64,000 nt of DNA from Ostrea edulis (taxonomy: Eukaryota): positions 8,742,001-8,806,000 of the forward strand of contig NC_079172.1 in assembly GCF_947568905.1 (NCBI RefSeq), in the 5' to 3' direction. The notes beneath the pieces are model-generated. The model did not search any database. It saw nothing but the letters and a program-made list of their open reading frames with translations, and was not told the origin of the DNA. Both the position numbers and the translations under genes were made by a program. This document shows positions 1 through 14,387 of the stretch, piece after piece. Each line of letters opens with the position of its first letter. Position 1 is the stretch's first letter.

Positions 1-3000
1 GTATCACTCTTTTTGTAATATTTCAATTATCTGGTATATATTGGAGAATAATGGACACCGCATTTCTTTGATCTCTACAATAGCCGTGCTGTGATATACG
101 TTTACACCGATGTTTATACCAATATGAATAGATCATCAATAATTCGTGTCATAATGATAGTATTCTTATTCTTTTTTATAATTACAATTTAATAATGCAT
201 TGTTTTAGAAATGAAAAATATTGTCTATCAATGAAAAATATATATGAATATGATACGGCAGAAAGGTTCATTCAATATGGGTTTATAATGCGTAAACAGT
301 CCCAACTTCCTTTATATCGTATGAATGATTTTTCAAATTTCCTTTGGAATGAAAAAGTTGCTAATGATTTTTTTTTCTATTTACACGAGTTCATCAAATT
401 CTTCATGATTTTTTTTTAAAGGAGTTCATTATATGCGAATCATAGCTGATATAACATTTACGGCCAAGGGAGTGAAATGTTTGCCATTTTGCAAATATTT
501 TGTTGTCGATAAATGTTGAGGGAAATCAAAATCTCCAAAGTTTCTGTAAAAAAGCATATGAGTAAAGAAAATTAAAATTTGCAGCATGGTGATGATGTAC
601 CATTTAACACTTACAATTATAGAACCACTAAAACAATCACTTAAAAGAATTAAGGACATCAAAAAGCTTCATGTAAACAAAGCAGACAATATTTTTAGAC
701 CCACTTCAAAATTATTTGATAGGGAGAGGGGGAGAGAAGAGAGAGAGAGAGTCCTTTTCGGCAATTACTGTCATCGTATTATATTTGCATTTCCAGTGTT
801 TTTGTCTTTCATATCTTTACAAATAGCCATCTTCTCATGAACGCGCTGTAGTTGTAAACAGAGCGTGTATGAATACAAAAGTACTTGATAAATACAGTAC
901 ATTTTCGTACATCTATTTTTTAACAGACGGGAATTTCTATAGATATTAAAGTAGAATGTAATTATATAAGAACTAAATCTTAGTTTTAATGAGCTTCATG
1001 AAGTACGCCGTCGTGAACCGCCGCAGTTCATACCCTCATGTATTTTCAAAATCGAAATTCAATTCTTAAATGTCTGTAAAAAGCTGATGAAGTGATTTTT
1101 AATTCAATTTTTTCAATGAGAACCACGGTTAGCTACATATACTCCAGATCATGACTAAAACTAGAGCTTCTAAACAGGGTCTTTGTTTCTTTTGTGTCCT
1201 GCAAGTTAATTATCACTCTATCGTTTTTAATTGGGAAGAAAAACGGGCATATGGTGCTTTTCCTGAAGCTCCTGATTGACATCAGTTTATTGAAATCAAA
1301 CTATGACACCTAACAATGACAAGTTTTATGTTTATTTCACGTCATCCTTATTTTGTTAACAGTCACTTATTTTTACGAAGATTATATTTAGTTTACTTAT
1401 GTTTCATATCCGATTCAACCATAATGCTTTCGTAAAGTACGGGATACATATCTCCATGGATAGATATGCGGTTCAACTCTCTGCCATCTTGCACATTTTC
1501 TTTGTCGATAAATGTCCAGTAAAACGAAAATCTCCGAAGTTTCTACGCAAAACGTATGAGCAAAGAAGATCAAAATTTGCAACATGCTGATGATCTGAAT
1601 ACCATTAACACTTAAAATCATCGAATCACTTATACAAGTACTCAAAACTGAGGACATCAAAAAGCTTCATGCAAGCAATACCGACTGCATCTTTTAGGCC
1701 CACTTCAAAATAATTTGATAGAAGTAGATGGTATAAAGTAACAACAAAAAATGCAAATAGCATCATGAAAGTTTACCGTGAAATAGAAAATCTAATCGAA
1801 TCATTAGGGGGGGGGGGGGATAACCATGTTCAGAAAATGTACATCCGTGAAGTCACTATCAAAATTTGTACGTCATTTATATAGCACAGTAAACATCCTG
1901 TACGAAATATGTACATGTATAAAGGCGTAATTTATTAACTAATCTTTTTATTTCATTTGGAATAAAATATTTTAAAATGATAATAATAAATAAATAGAAA
2001 GAAATATATGTATGATCGTCAAGAGCTACTATCGAATCCAAATTGACAGTTGTGTATAGATTTCTTATATAACATCTAAAATAAAAAGCTTTGTAATTGC
2101 TTGCATATGAGAAATACTTGGATGGTTTATATTTTTTCTATTCATCCTGTGCCTTGTTATAAATATATATGTTGAATTAATATCATTTTGAAAAATTACT
2201 AATCCAGGCGCCTCCTACAACCACGGGGGTAGAAAGGGGGACCTGAGGAAGCATTACCTCCAAAAGTTTGTTGAATTAATGGAAAACAAAAATATACATT
2301 TTTCAAGGTGTATCATTAGTTTCAAGTATTTATCAATTTGTCGGAAACAAACACCAACGTTTCACGCTTATGAGTACACGTACATATAATTCAATGCGGG
2401 ATTGATGCATTACTAATCATTTCAGTCATTTTAAAAGTCAGTGAGCGGTTTAACACAATCCCAAATTCAAAGAAAAAGTGTTAATTTAACAATTAAACCG
2501 GAACGTGGCTGCAGTTATGTGCATCTCCCTGGTCGTAAAAATTAGGAAGTGTGACCAAAAAATTCCCGAAGCTGTAATCATGGTGATAGACCAAGAAAAC
2601 CTACATGTGTAGGTTGACTCTACTCATTAATTTGTTTGTATTAATATTTCAAATGATATGATATCAATAAATCACAATAGCAAACTACTAGAGAGTACAT
2701 ATTTTATTATAAAGGTTTTCTTTTGTTAAACATGATCAATAACATTGACACAAAGCAATGGCTGTCAATGAATGTACACGTGGGATTGAGAAGGTGAAAA
2801 CAAAAGTACAAAACGAAAATAACCAGAATATCAATAATTTAAAACTACAAATCATGAGATAGCAATATATATACGGTACTTTACAAGCTTGATCAAATCA
2901 GTATTGTAAAACAAAACTTCCAGAATATATATTTAGTTGCTAGTCGTGTGATTGCTAGTGTTTCACGTAAAACGTGTTACCGAAAGTTGCATCAAAGACC

Positions 3001-6000
3001 TACAAACCGTGTACACTACTTTAGTACTAATTTAGCGCCTTTTGACGTAGTAGAATATACAGTGTAATGATTTACATAAAAATAAAAAATATATTAACCC
3101 ATACATCGCGCAAATCTAACATCGTTAATTTATGATTGCGCCAAACGCTTCATTATGCATGTGCTACCTTTTAAATACGCTTAATACACTTTGTACACGT
3201 TCAGTAGATAAAGCTACCCCGGGGGGGGGGGGGGGGGGGGGGTACCCGAGGACGTTACGGAGTGGACCAACACACAGGTAGACAAGAGGGGTCCCTAGGT
3301 GTCCGTTTGCTTACCACGCGACATATAAATTCAAATTAAAATTTCACCACAAAAATTAATAAATATAAGTGACCATCAGTGAATACTAAAGGGTAAAAAA
3401 GGAAGCTCCATTGACATTTGACCTTGGTTTAATGCTGATTGGGTGTTTATAAATATATTAGCCAAGCAAGCTACAGCTACGTGATATATATTGAGCAGTC
3501 ACTAAAATGAAAGTTACAGGTGTGCATGTTGGCTTCCTAGACTACCACTGTTTCATTCATAACTGATATTTCTAAAATATTTCACGTTATGGACATACAA
3601 AAATCATACTCATACGATCATTAGATCACCCGGATGAGGACAGGAGATAGAAAAGTATAAAGAATGTGTATACTTTGTTTACCTGTCAGGTAAAATCTAC
3701 ACAGTGTGTAAAGTACGCCATCTTCCCAAGCTAAGCATCCGGTTCGCACGCCTGCCTTGTGAAGATGACGGTACACCTGATTCTGTGATTACTGGTGCAT
3801 AGCATGTAACCATTCACAAGTGTCAAACATTTCCATGCATCCTTGATGCCACATGTAAATTTGATAATTAACATCATCAGCTGGTATGTACAAATAACTT
3901 CCTCTTTAAAACTCACGTTTTAAATCATGACTACACATTTTTTTTTTTTTTTTTTTTTTACATATGCTTGAATAAAACAAATCAAGTCAATAACATTTTT
4001 AAAATATCAATATTATATATTTTTTTGTCACAAAAATCTTCTGGTTTTGTTTTTGTCTTTTACCATCACAGACTAAAAGGGCAACAAAATACAGTACTAT
4101 ATTGCAATACACATCATAACAAACACTTCCGATTTAGAGTTCTTCCCTATTTTAAACTTAAGTAGTTTGTAAATGAGTCCTTACTAATTATGTAATTCAA
4201 TGACACAAAATGTTACAGACTTTCTGTATTTAAGTGCTATCGTGCAATTCCAACGGGGAGGGGGGTTCATCTCTCAAGAAAGATGTTCAAAGGGGAATAA
4301 ATCGAAACCATAAACTCGTAACAATTCCGGAAAAGCTTCGTAAATTAATAATGTACTTCAAAATGTGAAGAAGAAAAAATTACGATACAAAGTTTTCGTT
4401 GATAGATCAAAAATTGCTTATTGTAGCTGTAATATAAATAAAGAAGGAGGGCGTGCGAAAAAATATGCAGTAACCCATTTTCAACCACGCTACTTATACA
4501 AAATGTCACGGAGTACACGTAGTAAGTTGTTACATATTGACAAGTGTATGCAACCCACCAGATCTCAAAATTAACAACAGACGTCGCTTTGGAGGGAAAA
4601 GAAACTACATAAGTAGCCACGATAGTAAATGAAGCCATCATTAATATGCATGCTGTATCCTCAGCGCCGTACTACAAAACCAGCTGAAATTACCTCCTTC
4701 ACATAAAAAGAACTGTTTATAATACTACTTCATTTTCAGGATTTCCATACAGAATGGAACTAGGGCTTCTCTATTCACTAATTCCAAGTTCTCTAAAGTT
4801 TACTTAGATAATAAATTAACATTCCCAGTTTCCTTAAAGCCTGTAACTATACACTATATATATTGTATACATACCGTTACCTTACGTATGTACATGTATA
4901 TATATTATCATTTTAATTCTGGTATAATAAATTTCACAATAGAATATCTAAAGACCTTCCCATGCAGTGTTCAGAGAGAAAACGTTCACAATCTATCTTC
5001 ATCATCATCATTGATTGTTAACACCTCATTAATTGATGTTCAGAAAAATCTAATTTTACTACAAAGTATTTTTGGTATGTTTACATTTTGGCCAGAAAGG
5101 TCACAGATTTTGATATTCCATTTCAAAAATTCATTTGTGTGTAATAAATTTGTAATGTTATATACATGTATTAAATTTGTTGGATATCATCTCAGAAGAC
5201 AAACCAAATACTCAAATTCAATACAGATGTACTATTTGAGAATAAGGTATTGCCAATTAGACTGGAAATATACATGGTAGTCATATAGTTCAACTATGTC
5301 ATCAATATGTGTATCAAAAGAAAAGTCTCTGGATGTTTTTTGGGGGGAGGGGTTCATAGGGGAGGCAGGTTAGAGATTACAGGTGAATAATTTGGGTTTT
5401 AAAAATAATTGTTTTAATGTGTACTGTGCATTAACGGAATAATGAGATATTCTAATTGTCAATATATTCTTTGACAGAATAAAAAATAAATTTCACTAAT
5501 ATACTAAAAATATTTCTGCTCCTGAAATCACATTGAAGTGGACTTTAAAACAATCACATAAACTGGTGTTCGGTATTGACTAATTTCACATATCATACAA
5601 AATCAAAATAGAAAGTATGGAAGCTTGACAATATCTTCCACATTAGTGATAAAGAATACTCAGCCCCCATTACTTATATGAAATGGTTTGATCAAAACAT
5701 ATGTGGTTTTCCAATGGTTGAATTTCCATGTACATCATCACAACTACCACAGGATCTACAGGGTATTGTCCAGGGTTTAACTACCAGAATAAGAAATTAT
5801 TAATTGCACTTGAACAAAAGAAGTAAATTGTACATACACTGCATATCATAGGCCATCCATTTTTTAACAATCAATGTTCCAAGCATGTGCTGTATACGTG
5901 TATATCTAAATTAAACAATTTCTCAATATCATATAAATCCTCTATTCCTGGATTTAATGCATTCTGAATAACATTTTTTGTTTTCTTCAGAAGCCTACAG

Positions 6001-7045
6001 GCACAATATTGTCCATCATAATACACTTAGGAGTATAGAGAGAAACTTGAGTGCTGTATGCATTTTCCTGCCTGGTTGGTAGATGCATGTACAATGTCAC
6101 CATGGTTATACAGAATGAACACAGCTGATTGTTTCATCATTGGGGTAACGAAAAGCACTTATCCAGGCAACATGAAACAGTCAGGCAGGATTATATTGTT
6201 TGATTCTGGTTGTCATTGGTCAACTATCATCTACCTGTAAAATAAAATGAATTGTTAAATAATTTATTTATTCAGTAGTGTGATTGCAAATCATAGTAGT
6301 CAAAAATAACTAATGTATGAAGAACTATACAAAATGCCTCACGGCATCTGACAGATATATACGTATATTGCAAAAAATTCTTTTATCATTGTGACGACAG
6401 GAAAAATCTATCACAGAAATTTAGCAGGAATTTGACAGGAAGCCCAAGTATAGATTGTAATCAACTCATCACCGAGGAAAGTGATTTTGTTGAGTCAACT
6501 TAAAAGTAGAATTTAATCTGAAGTACTGTCGACTCTTCATTGGGTGCTAAACTCTTACGTATTTTCAAAATAATTAAATTCTTTAAGCATGTTAAGTGTT
6601 TGTGTATATCTGTTCGTTGTATGTATACAAACATACTAGCCATCAGTAATGCACTATAAATACCCCTGTACATGTACAGAACAAATCCAATTCTGGGCCC
6701 TGTTGGGCATACAAGCTTAAGAAAAGAAGAGAGAAAAAGTGACAATCAAAAGACCAAATACAAGGGGAAAAAAGAGAGTACGGCAAATCAACATAAGCAA
6801 TAATAAAAACTTACGATCTATATTCATATTGTTATATATGTCCACCTAAACCCTAATTATAGGGCAATAATTTTCTCATTGATAATTTACAGACAAAAGA
6901 CTTGCTGAACTCCCAATATTGAGGCACTAGGGGGTACGTGGCTGTACGCAACTTATTTTAAACATGCACAATGTAAGACAAAAATTACACCTTTCATTGA
7001 CAATCTCCAGTGGGAAAGTTCAAATTCATAATACAGGGGGCAGTT

Positions 7046-7152
7046 GCACGAAGGCTAGTTAAGTTTAACTGACAGTAACATCAAGTTAACACTATATGAA
7101 TGTCCAGGTTAATGACAATTTAACATTCAATTAAAGTTAACTAACCTTCGTG
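7046..7152. repeat. Short inverted-repeat relic
   Basis: CACGAAGGCTAGTTAAGTTT versus the reverse complement of AAAGTTAACTAACCTTCGTG (18/20 match). Confidence 0.55.
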
Positions 7153-8786
7153 GATCCAGATCATTAACAGAGGCACTCACATTTTAAATTTATATCATTC
7201 TATAATTTAAAAAAATGTCTTCCTAAAACAAACTATTATTTTGTTTACAGGAAGACAATTTCTTTTTATTATAGATACGTGTATTTAAAACATTGGGTGC
7301 CTGTAATCACTACCATATATTTCTACTGTTCACAAGTACAGTACTGTACTTAATCTACCAGTAACTTTTAACTTTTTCTTAAAGAATTGGCAAACAATTA
7401 ACTGCAATATTAAATGTAGTCCTCTTTGATTTTTTTTTATTCTGACATTTTCAAGAAATAAAAAAAGAAAAAAAAATTGGAGAGGGCTACATTATTCCAG
7501 CTAGCAAACAATGGACATATATTAATTATTCCCTGGGGTACCAGTGGGATACCCTTATGTTTGGTTAGTGATAAGTTGGAACAAACAGGATCTGTCCATG
7601 TCTATATACCCAGGAATTATCGGGTGTCCTCACTACCTACTGACTACATACCACAAACTTAATCCTCCTGCGACTGGATTCAAGGAGATTGAAAATCACC
7701 TGCCTCTGTGTCCTTTATCTATATACTGATTTAAAATTCCTTCATAATAAGCTGAATATTACTGCTATTTTGAACAACATTAATGGCTACGGTTTTCTGA
7801 TTTAGTGTACAACATGCATCATAATACACATCATGTACATATAGTTAGGATTGCAGACACTCACAGTATATTATTTTTTAGTTACATGGCTGTCAGTTTC
7901 TTGTATAGGGCATCCATATGCATTTCCTGCACAGTTGGCCATTACGAGTACAAATGTACATGCTGGTGTGTGGTAGTTACCATATCAAAAAACAACTGTG
8001 AAGGTACCATCCACTATCCAGATGCTAAACAATTTTCTACATGCTCAACCATCTTTAAAAAACCACTCAACCACAGAATTTCTCTCCTAGACATACTAGA
8101 GGGAAACAGCCTGGTCAACCATCTGGGCAAGTTTAAGGAAACTAAAGTTTCAAGTGGGAAGGATCTCTCTCTATAAATATATATAAATACATGCAGATAC
8201 CACAAGCAGTATTCATGTTTACTAACCTAAAGCAGTTTCTGTGTGAGCATGCATTAGAAGTATATGTTACAGTATACTATGTATACATGGTTGTCACTAG
8301 GAATTTTTCAAGGCTAATCCCCGACTCATGGTTTATGAGCAGCCTGAGTCCCTTAAAAATTTCATGAGTCCTTTTTGTATCAGATCTTCAAGAAAAGGAA
8401 AAGGAGGAGTGATTTTTCTGCACCCCTATTCAGAATGAACACATGCTAAACTTTCCTCTGCTTGCTTTGTTCTAAAACAATTGCAAAACATGATGTACAT
8501 GTTTAAAATAACTCTTAATTACCTAACCAATGCAAAATTGTGATATAATTTAATGTAATAATTCCCAGTTTTGGCCTCGGATGAACAGCAATTTTAATAA
8601 ACATGCACGTCGTCAGTAGTGTACTCAACAACAAATAAAGTTCAATTCTCTTAAATTTTAGCAAATATTTTGATACCAAATCCGATTGGTGATTACTATC
8701 AAAATATAAGCTAGAATTTATGAGCACTTCCTCTCAACTTCATCTAATAACTTACTAAACTTAGTATATATATATACATGTAACAT

Positions 8787-8856
8787 ATTACGAATACTTG
8801 TTAACTAGCAACTATGCTCAATTACGAATACTTGTTAACTAGCAACTATGCTCAAT
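8787..8856. repeat. 2 x 35-bp direct repeat
   Basis: TTACGAATACTTGTTAACTAGCAACTATGCTCAA occurs twice. Confidence 0.85.
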
Positions 8857-10573
8857 TTCATCTACAATACCATTTTTTAAAGATTACCTACACTTAGTAT
8901 ACTTGAACAAGACTAAAACTTCTTGGATCATTTGTACACGAGAATCCTCATCCGAAAAACAAAAGCTAGTATATTTCGCTAAATCTTATAGTGGTTACCT
9001 TCTACAGATTTATTATAAACAATAATCTCTTATAAATCTATTACTTACACACTCAAGAACTTTCAGGATGAAAATTAATTTCAGTTCAATTTAACAAAAA
9101 TCAATCCATCAAAAATAATAAAATACGGTAAATGAATAGGAATCCACATTGAAGTAATGATGTTAATTTTAAATCCTGAAGTTACAATTGATACTACTTA
9201 ATGTATGTTATACACGAAATACACATTTATAATATATCCTAGATCAGCTCGGAAACTCAAAAGAAACGAGCATACAAAAAAAGTTTTGCGAGAAGTCGAG
9301 AAACTCCCAGATCCTCTCACAAGACCAAAATTTCAAAAAGGAAGTGCACAATTTCTCAAGGCTCATACAGAAAATTGGGGTTTTCTCGAAAAAATTCAAG
9401 AAAAATTACCTACAATCTCCTACATTTTGGAGGCCAGTCTCTTGAAATGGATTCAAAGCTGTGTCACATGTATGCTCAGGGATTTATCTAGGTTGTTTTT
9501 ACTACCGGTATAATAAAGGTACCTTTCCCCTTTGGCAACAAATGGATATTTCCCCTTCCACAGATAAAGAATTCCCCTTCATTTGTAGAAACTTGACAAA
9601 ATTGTATGAGAATTTTCAACAAAAATCATTTTTTTATATATTCCAAGTCATTTTCTATAATTGTCAGACTTACAATATAGATACAATGGGTAATCAATCA
9701 ATCTATATGGCTGTAATGATCTGTGGATATTATATTCCATGGATGTCCCCCACCACCATCCCCTGAAAGCTCAATGACTGCATTCTCAAAAATTCCCCTT
9801 AAATTTAAAATGGGTAGTAACATCTACATGCTGGGTAAAACCCTGATGGTGCATTATAAAGAATATAGAAAAGCATGTAATGAACAAGACATATACAACA
9901 TGTACATTGCCTGATTGGTGTGTAAACATTATTAAGAATGACTCGATTAGACAGACGTATACAAAATATTATATAATATTCATGATATGAACTTTATCCT
10001 TAACTGACTTCTACAAAGTGCATTGTCCTGGATGATCTCTCCTTCTGATACATCAATTATCAGTATTGAAGTCAATGATAATGTGACTCAGACCCACAAA
10101 TTGTCCACAGATATTATAACTTAATTAATTAGTTCCTCAATAACGAGTTCAACACCCTTTCATCCAGCTGTCATAAAGTTCTAGTATTCTACAACATTAC
10201 ATTAGTGAATTACATAAGCTTAGTTAAGTTATTTTACATTCCAGATTTTTATTCCTTCATATTATTAAGAGTTACAAACAAAAATGTTCTTAGCATATAA
10301 TGCACACAAATATCTGCATTATAACAAATTGTATTTGAAACTGCTGTGACCAGACAATGTACACTGTATAGTACGTAGAAACATACATGTATACCCTAGA
10401 TAACTAATCCTGTATTTCTGAGTACCTTGTATAATTAACAAACAGGAAATGCATATTCAATTATTCATGTCTGTGCAATGTCTTTAATTAATACATGCAT
10501 CTTTTTAAAATTTGATATCGCAAGATTTAAAAGACTTTTGAGATTTTTCTCTTTTAAAAAGTAAACAATATAC

Positions 10574-10678
10574 CAATCTGATTAAAATCAGATCTTTGAT
10601 CCGCTCCGTTATTGTTATACACAAAGTAGCAACATAACAATAGCGGAGCGGATCAAAGATCTTATTCTAATCAGATTG
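10574..10678. mobile_element. 105-bp hairpin MITE (CAATCT family)
   Basis: Near-perfect foldback with a perfect 9-bp TSD ACAATATAC. Confidence 0.85.
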
Positions 10679-11561
10679 ACAATATACATACGTACATGTT
10701 AGTGATGGGAATTTCATATTGATGATTGGTTAACTCTAACTAACTAGTAATCAAACATCAAGAAATTTTATAATAAAGTAATTTAACTGCTGAAAAAGTG
10801 TCAATAAATATTTCTACGTTTTGTTGTTTCTATTGCTGAAAAGGTGTAAATGAATATTTCCTGTGTTTATTTGTTATTCTTCTACTATCTTAATATCCTT
10901 TAATTACATATCAATGCCAATACAATTTCTAAAAGGGTCTACACGCCAAAAATGGATATCGTTTGCTTCATTTTATATATCCCCGCATATCAAAGTTACA
11001 TGTCATTAACTGATGATGATCCGGCATAATTAAAATTCAGCAAAGAAAAATATGGAAAGTAATTCATTCTATTAATCAGATCCAATTGAAAACATGATAC
11101 GCATATGTATGCAGAGGAACAATGGCCTTTGAAAGCGGTTTTATCTGCATATTAATTCACACATGGACTTCCTTGTATCAAGATTCTCTTTGATGGATGG
11201 TCCTTTATTTATAAGCCTGAATCAAAGTATATCTATCTGAACCTGCTTTATCCCCCGGGTAGGGATGCTTTCGCTTTCATGTCATTGTGCACCGCCATTA
11301 CGAGAAACAAAACTTTTAGGTTAATAGATAGGTCATGACAGAAAATTCTTCAAAAACCAAAGTCGTTGCAAACCAAGTGCTTAGAATTTGGCAACAATCG
11401 ACTGATTTATTATTATAATAATCAATGATTGGAACACCATTATAAATACATGTACTAGAAAAACACCACATAGTACACATGACTTAGTATCAAATAGGCC
11501 TACTCCTGAAAAATACCCAATGTATGCATGCTATGTATGGCAGAATATTAATTTACCTTTT

Positions 11562-12107
11562 TCACAAAATCACACAATTACAACACTTTCCTTTTTCCTT
11601 CACTGGACTTGTGTTCATTTCTCGAACAATTTCAATAAAGATCTCATTCACATTTTGAGTAATTTTAGCAGATGTCTCCAGAAACGGACACCCCCACATT
11701 TGTCCAAGTGCCTCTCCTTCAGAGCGTGGAACCTCACGCTGGTGTTCTAAGTCAGCTTTGTTTCCAACTAATATCATGGGTATATTTTCTATCCCCTTGA
11801 CTCGAATTATTTGTTCTTTCATAGTCTTTATGTCTTGAAATGTCTGGAGACTTGTGATACTGTAAACAATGACAAACCCCTGGCCATTTTTAATGTATAA
11901 ATCTCTCATAGACGCAAACTGTTCCGTTCCTGCAGTGTCCAAAATCTCCAACACTGAAGGAGCCGAATCGACTTCTATCTCCTTCCTGTAAAAATCCTCA
12001 ATAGTTGGATCATACTTTTCCATGAAAGTTCCGGACACAAACTTTACTGTTAATGCACTCTTACCAACGCCACCGCTTCCCAAAACAACCACTTTGTACT
12101 CTCTCAT
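11562..12107 (-). CDS. RAP2: Ras-related protein Rap-2 (181 aa, single coding exon)
   Basis: [17 protein letters not shown] (G1), effector [16 protein letters not shown] (Rap-type Thr61), NKAD, ETSAK, and C-terminal CCNCVIL (CaaX plus upstream Cys). The [10 protein letters not shown]...[11 protein letters not shown] sequence is characteristic of Rap2. Confidence 0.96.
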   Translation of the reverse strand: MREYKVVVLGSGGVGKSALTVKFVSGTFMEKYDPTIEDFYRKEIEVDSAPSVLEILDTAGTEQFASMRDLYIKNGQGFVIVYSITSLQTFQDIKTMKEQIIRVKGIENIPMILVGNKADLEHQREVPRSEGEALGQMWGCPFLETSAKITQNVNEIFIEIVREMNTSPVKEKGKCCNCVIL

Positions 12108-12316
12108 GATGACTTAATTTACCCTTTGAAATTTCCACAAAAGATGTGCCGACAAGAAGTTACGATTCAAAAAGTACTTCTTGAAAAACTCATCGCAACG
12201 AGTTCTTCATATTGTGAAAACCTGTATATCAATTCACGTCGAGAACTCCTCCCTATTATCTTTGCTGCCTTCATGCAACAAAGAAAATATAACTTCACAA
12301 ACAGGGATAGGCTTTT

Positions 12317-12410
12317 TCACCTTCTCGCCATTTTGGGTGGGCGACGGTACTTACGTGCCTTCAGTAGTGAAGAGCTCACCAAAGGCACACAACTGTGTAT
12401 GATATATTTC
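12317..12410 (-). promoter_or_regulatory. RAP2 promoter / 5' UTR region
   Basis: AAAATGGCG (YY1-like) at ~12334-12326, a candidate donor gtaagt at 12354, and a candidate acceptor tttcaaag ending at 12124. Confidence 0.45.
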
Positions 12411-12879
12411 CTGATGTAATTTTTTTTTTTTTTAATGATGATATTAGGTTAAATTTTCTACATATTATCGATAAATAATTCGTGAATTGTTTGTCGATAC
12501 CAATAATTCGAATTTCTTATATCGATACTGACTTAAAACAAATCTTTTTAAACGTGCGTTTAATTTGTAATTCGGTATTTTATGTAAATAGTAAAAATAA
12601 AAACCATATATAGACTATATTCTTAGTTGCAATGTTAACCTCAATATTGTTGCGTTAGTTTGTTTTACAAAAAAAGCGCATTAGGGTATTTGTGTTGATT
12701 AGATAAAGCGCTATAGAATAGAACAGAATCTTTATTCAACCAATTTGGGCCCACGGAGGAGCATTAGGATGCACATTGACAAAGTCCAAAATCACAGAAG
12801 CACATGACAAAAGGAAACAAAGACATATTGCACTGCATAATGAACAGAGAGTTAGCCATCAAATCTATCAATGCATAAA

Positions 12880-13860
12880 AGACACACAAAACACATATTC
12901 AAGTAGTACAAGCATGGTAACTGTTGCTTGAGGCGATGGCATGGACATCCACTTGGCGCCGTCTGAAGCTGCTCTGGAGGCCGAGTCAAAGCGGAGTCCA
13001 CAGTTCGCCTCCAAGTCTCCTTTGGCCGCCCTCTGTCTCTCCTCCCCTGGGGTGCCCATCTTAGAGCTGTTCTGGGGAGCGAGCTGGATGGCAGGCAGTA
13101 GACATGCCCCGGCTATCGCTAGCACCGTTCCTGTATCCCCTTCCCCCATGGTGATCAGCCCCGTACCTTCTCGCAGACCTTCATTGGAGATGATATTTGG
13201 CCAGAATATCAGGAGGATGTGCCTCAGGTACTTGTTCTGGAATACCTCCAGCTTCCTTTCCATGATAGTAGAGGTTTTCCAGCACTCTGAGCCGCATAGG
13301 AGGACACTGGAGACATTGCTTTTGAAGATTCTGACCCTTGTGTGGTTGCTGAGACCGAGGGATCTACAAATGATCTTTAGCGCAGCGAAGATTTGATTGG
13401 CTTTGGATATCTGGGTGTTAATTTCCTTACTATTGTCACCGTTTGTCCTCACCTTGCTACCCAAGTATACAAATTTCTTTACATCCTCCAATGGCCTCCC
13501 ACTGGCCACGACAGGGTCGTTGGTTGAGACGTTCTGCCGTAGTACCTGAGACTTCCTGTGGTTGACCTTGAGTCCTGTGGTCCTGGCTGTATCACTGAGA
13601 CACTTCGTCTTTCTCTGTATCTCCTGATATTTGCCAGACAGTTATCTCAGGTGGTCCGCATAATTCTGATCATCTAATACTGAGGTCATGGTCCATTGTA
13701 TTCCTTACCTTGGGGGGCACGCTCAATAAGCTAGTCAATTTCCAAGGAGAACAGCATTGGTGATAGGTTACATCCTTGCTTGACTCCTGTGTCTATTTTG
13801 AAGGCCTCTGTCAACTGTTTGTTGTGGATGACTTGGCATTCGAAATTCTCATAATGGGAC
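12880..13860 (-). mobile_element. 5'-truncated, degenerate RTE-clade non-LTR retrotransposon
   Basis: Broken frames give FECQVIHNKQLTEAFKIDTGVKQGCNLSPMLF, LDDQNYADH (degenerate YADD) and LEDVKKFVYLGS...VLLCGSECW...LEVFQNKYLRHILLIFWPNIISNEGL; contains frameshifts and stops. Confidence 0.85.
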
Positions 13861-14387
13861 TCGATGCCAATGAGCAATGTACGTGCACATGTAAGTAAGT
13901 AATCTATTTATTACCAATTTTGGGCCCAGAAGGAAAACAAATGTACCAGATACAAAATATTAAAAGTCCTAATTCTAGTTGAATTCCCGGGAGTTCAAGC
14001 CCCGCTCGTGCTATGACCGCGTCAAACATAGATAGATAATGATTACCCCTTCGCCAAACGCTCAGCATTTAGAAGTGAGAATCACGGGTCTTTCGGATGA
14101 AAGGTGAAGATCATGAAAAGTAATCAATCTCATAACTCCTATAAGGAACACAAAATAAAGAGTTGGGCAAACACGGATCCCTGACTATACCAGAGGTGGG
14201 ATCAGGTGTCTATACGAGGAGGAAACATCCCCTGTCGACCGGATATGACCTTACAAACGGAGGTCTCACAGGCAATGTTTCTGTAAAGAAGTTATGGCGT
14301 CATAACTTATTTACATGTATACAGATACATGCTTTAAAGCAAATATATGGTTGGTCAAGAGGGAAATCCCGAATATACCTCCCAAAG

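Noticed and set aside
5990-9770. Short ORFs downstream of RAP2 (6058, 6500, 7477, 7544, 7805, 9205, 9461)
   Set aside because: They have no recognisable domains and no phase-compatible exon chain; probably UTR or intergenic sequence.
12126-12419. 97-aa plus-strand ORF
   Set aside because: It has a non-ATG start, is antisense to the RAP2 5' region, and has no recognisable motif.
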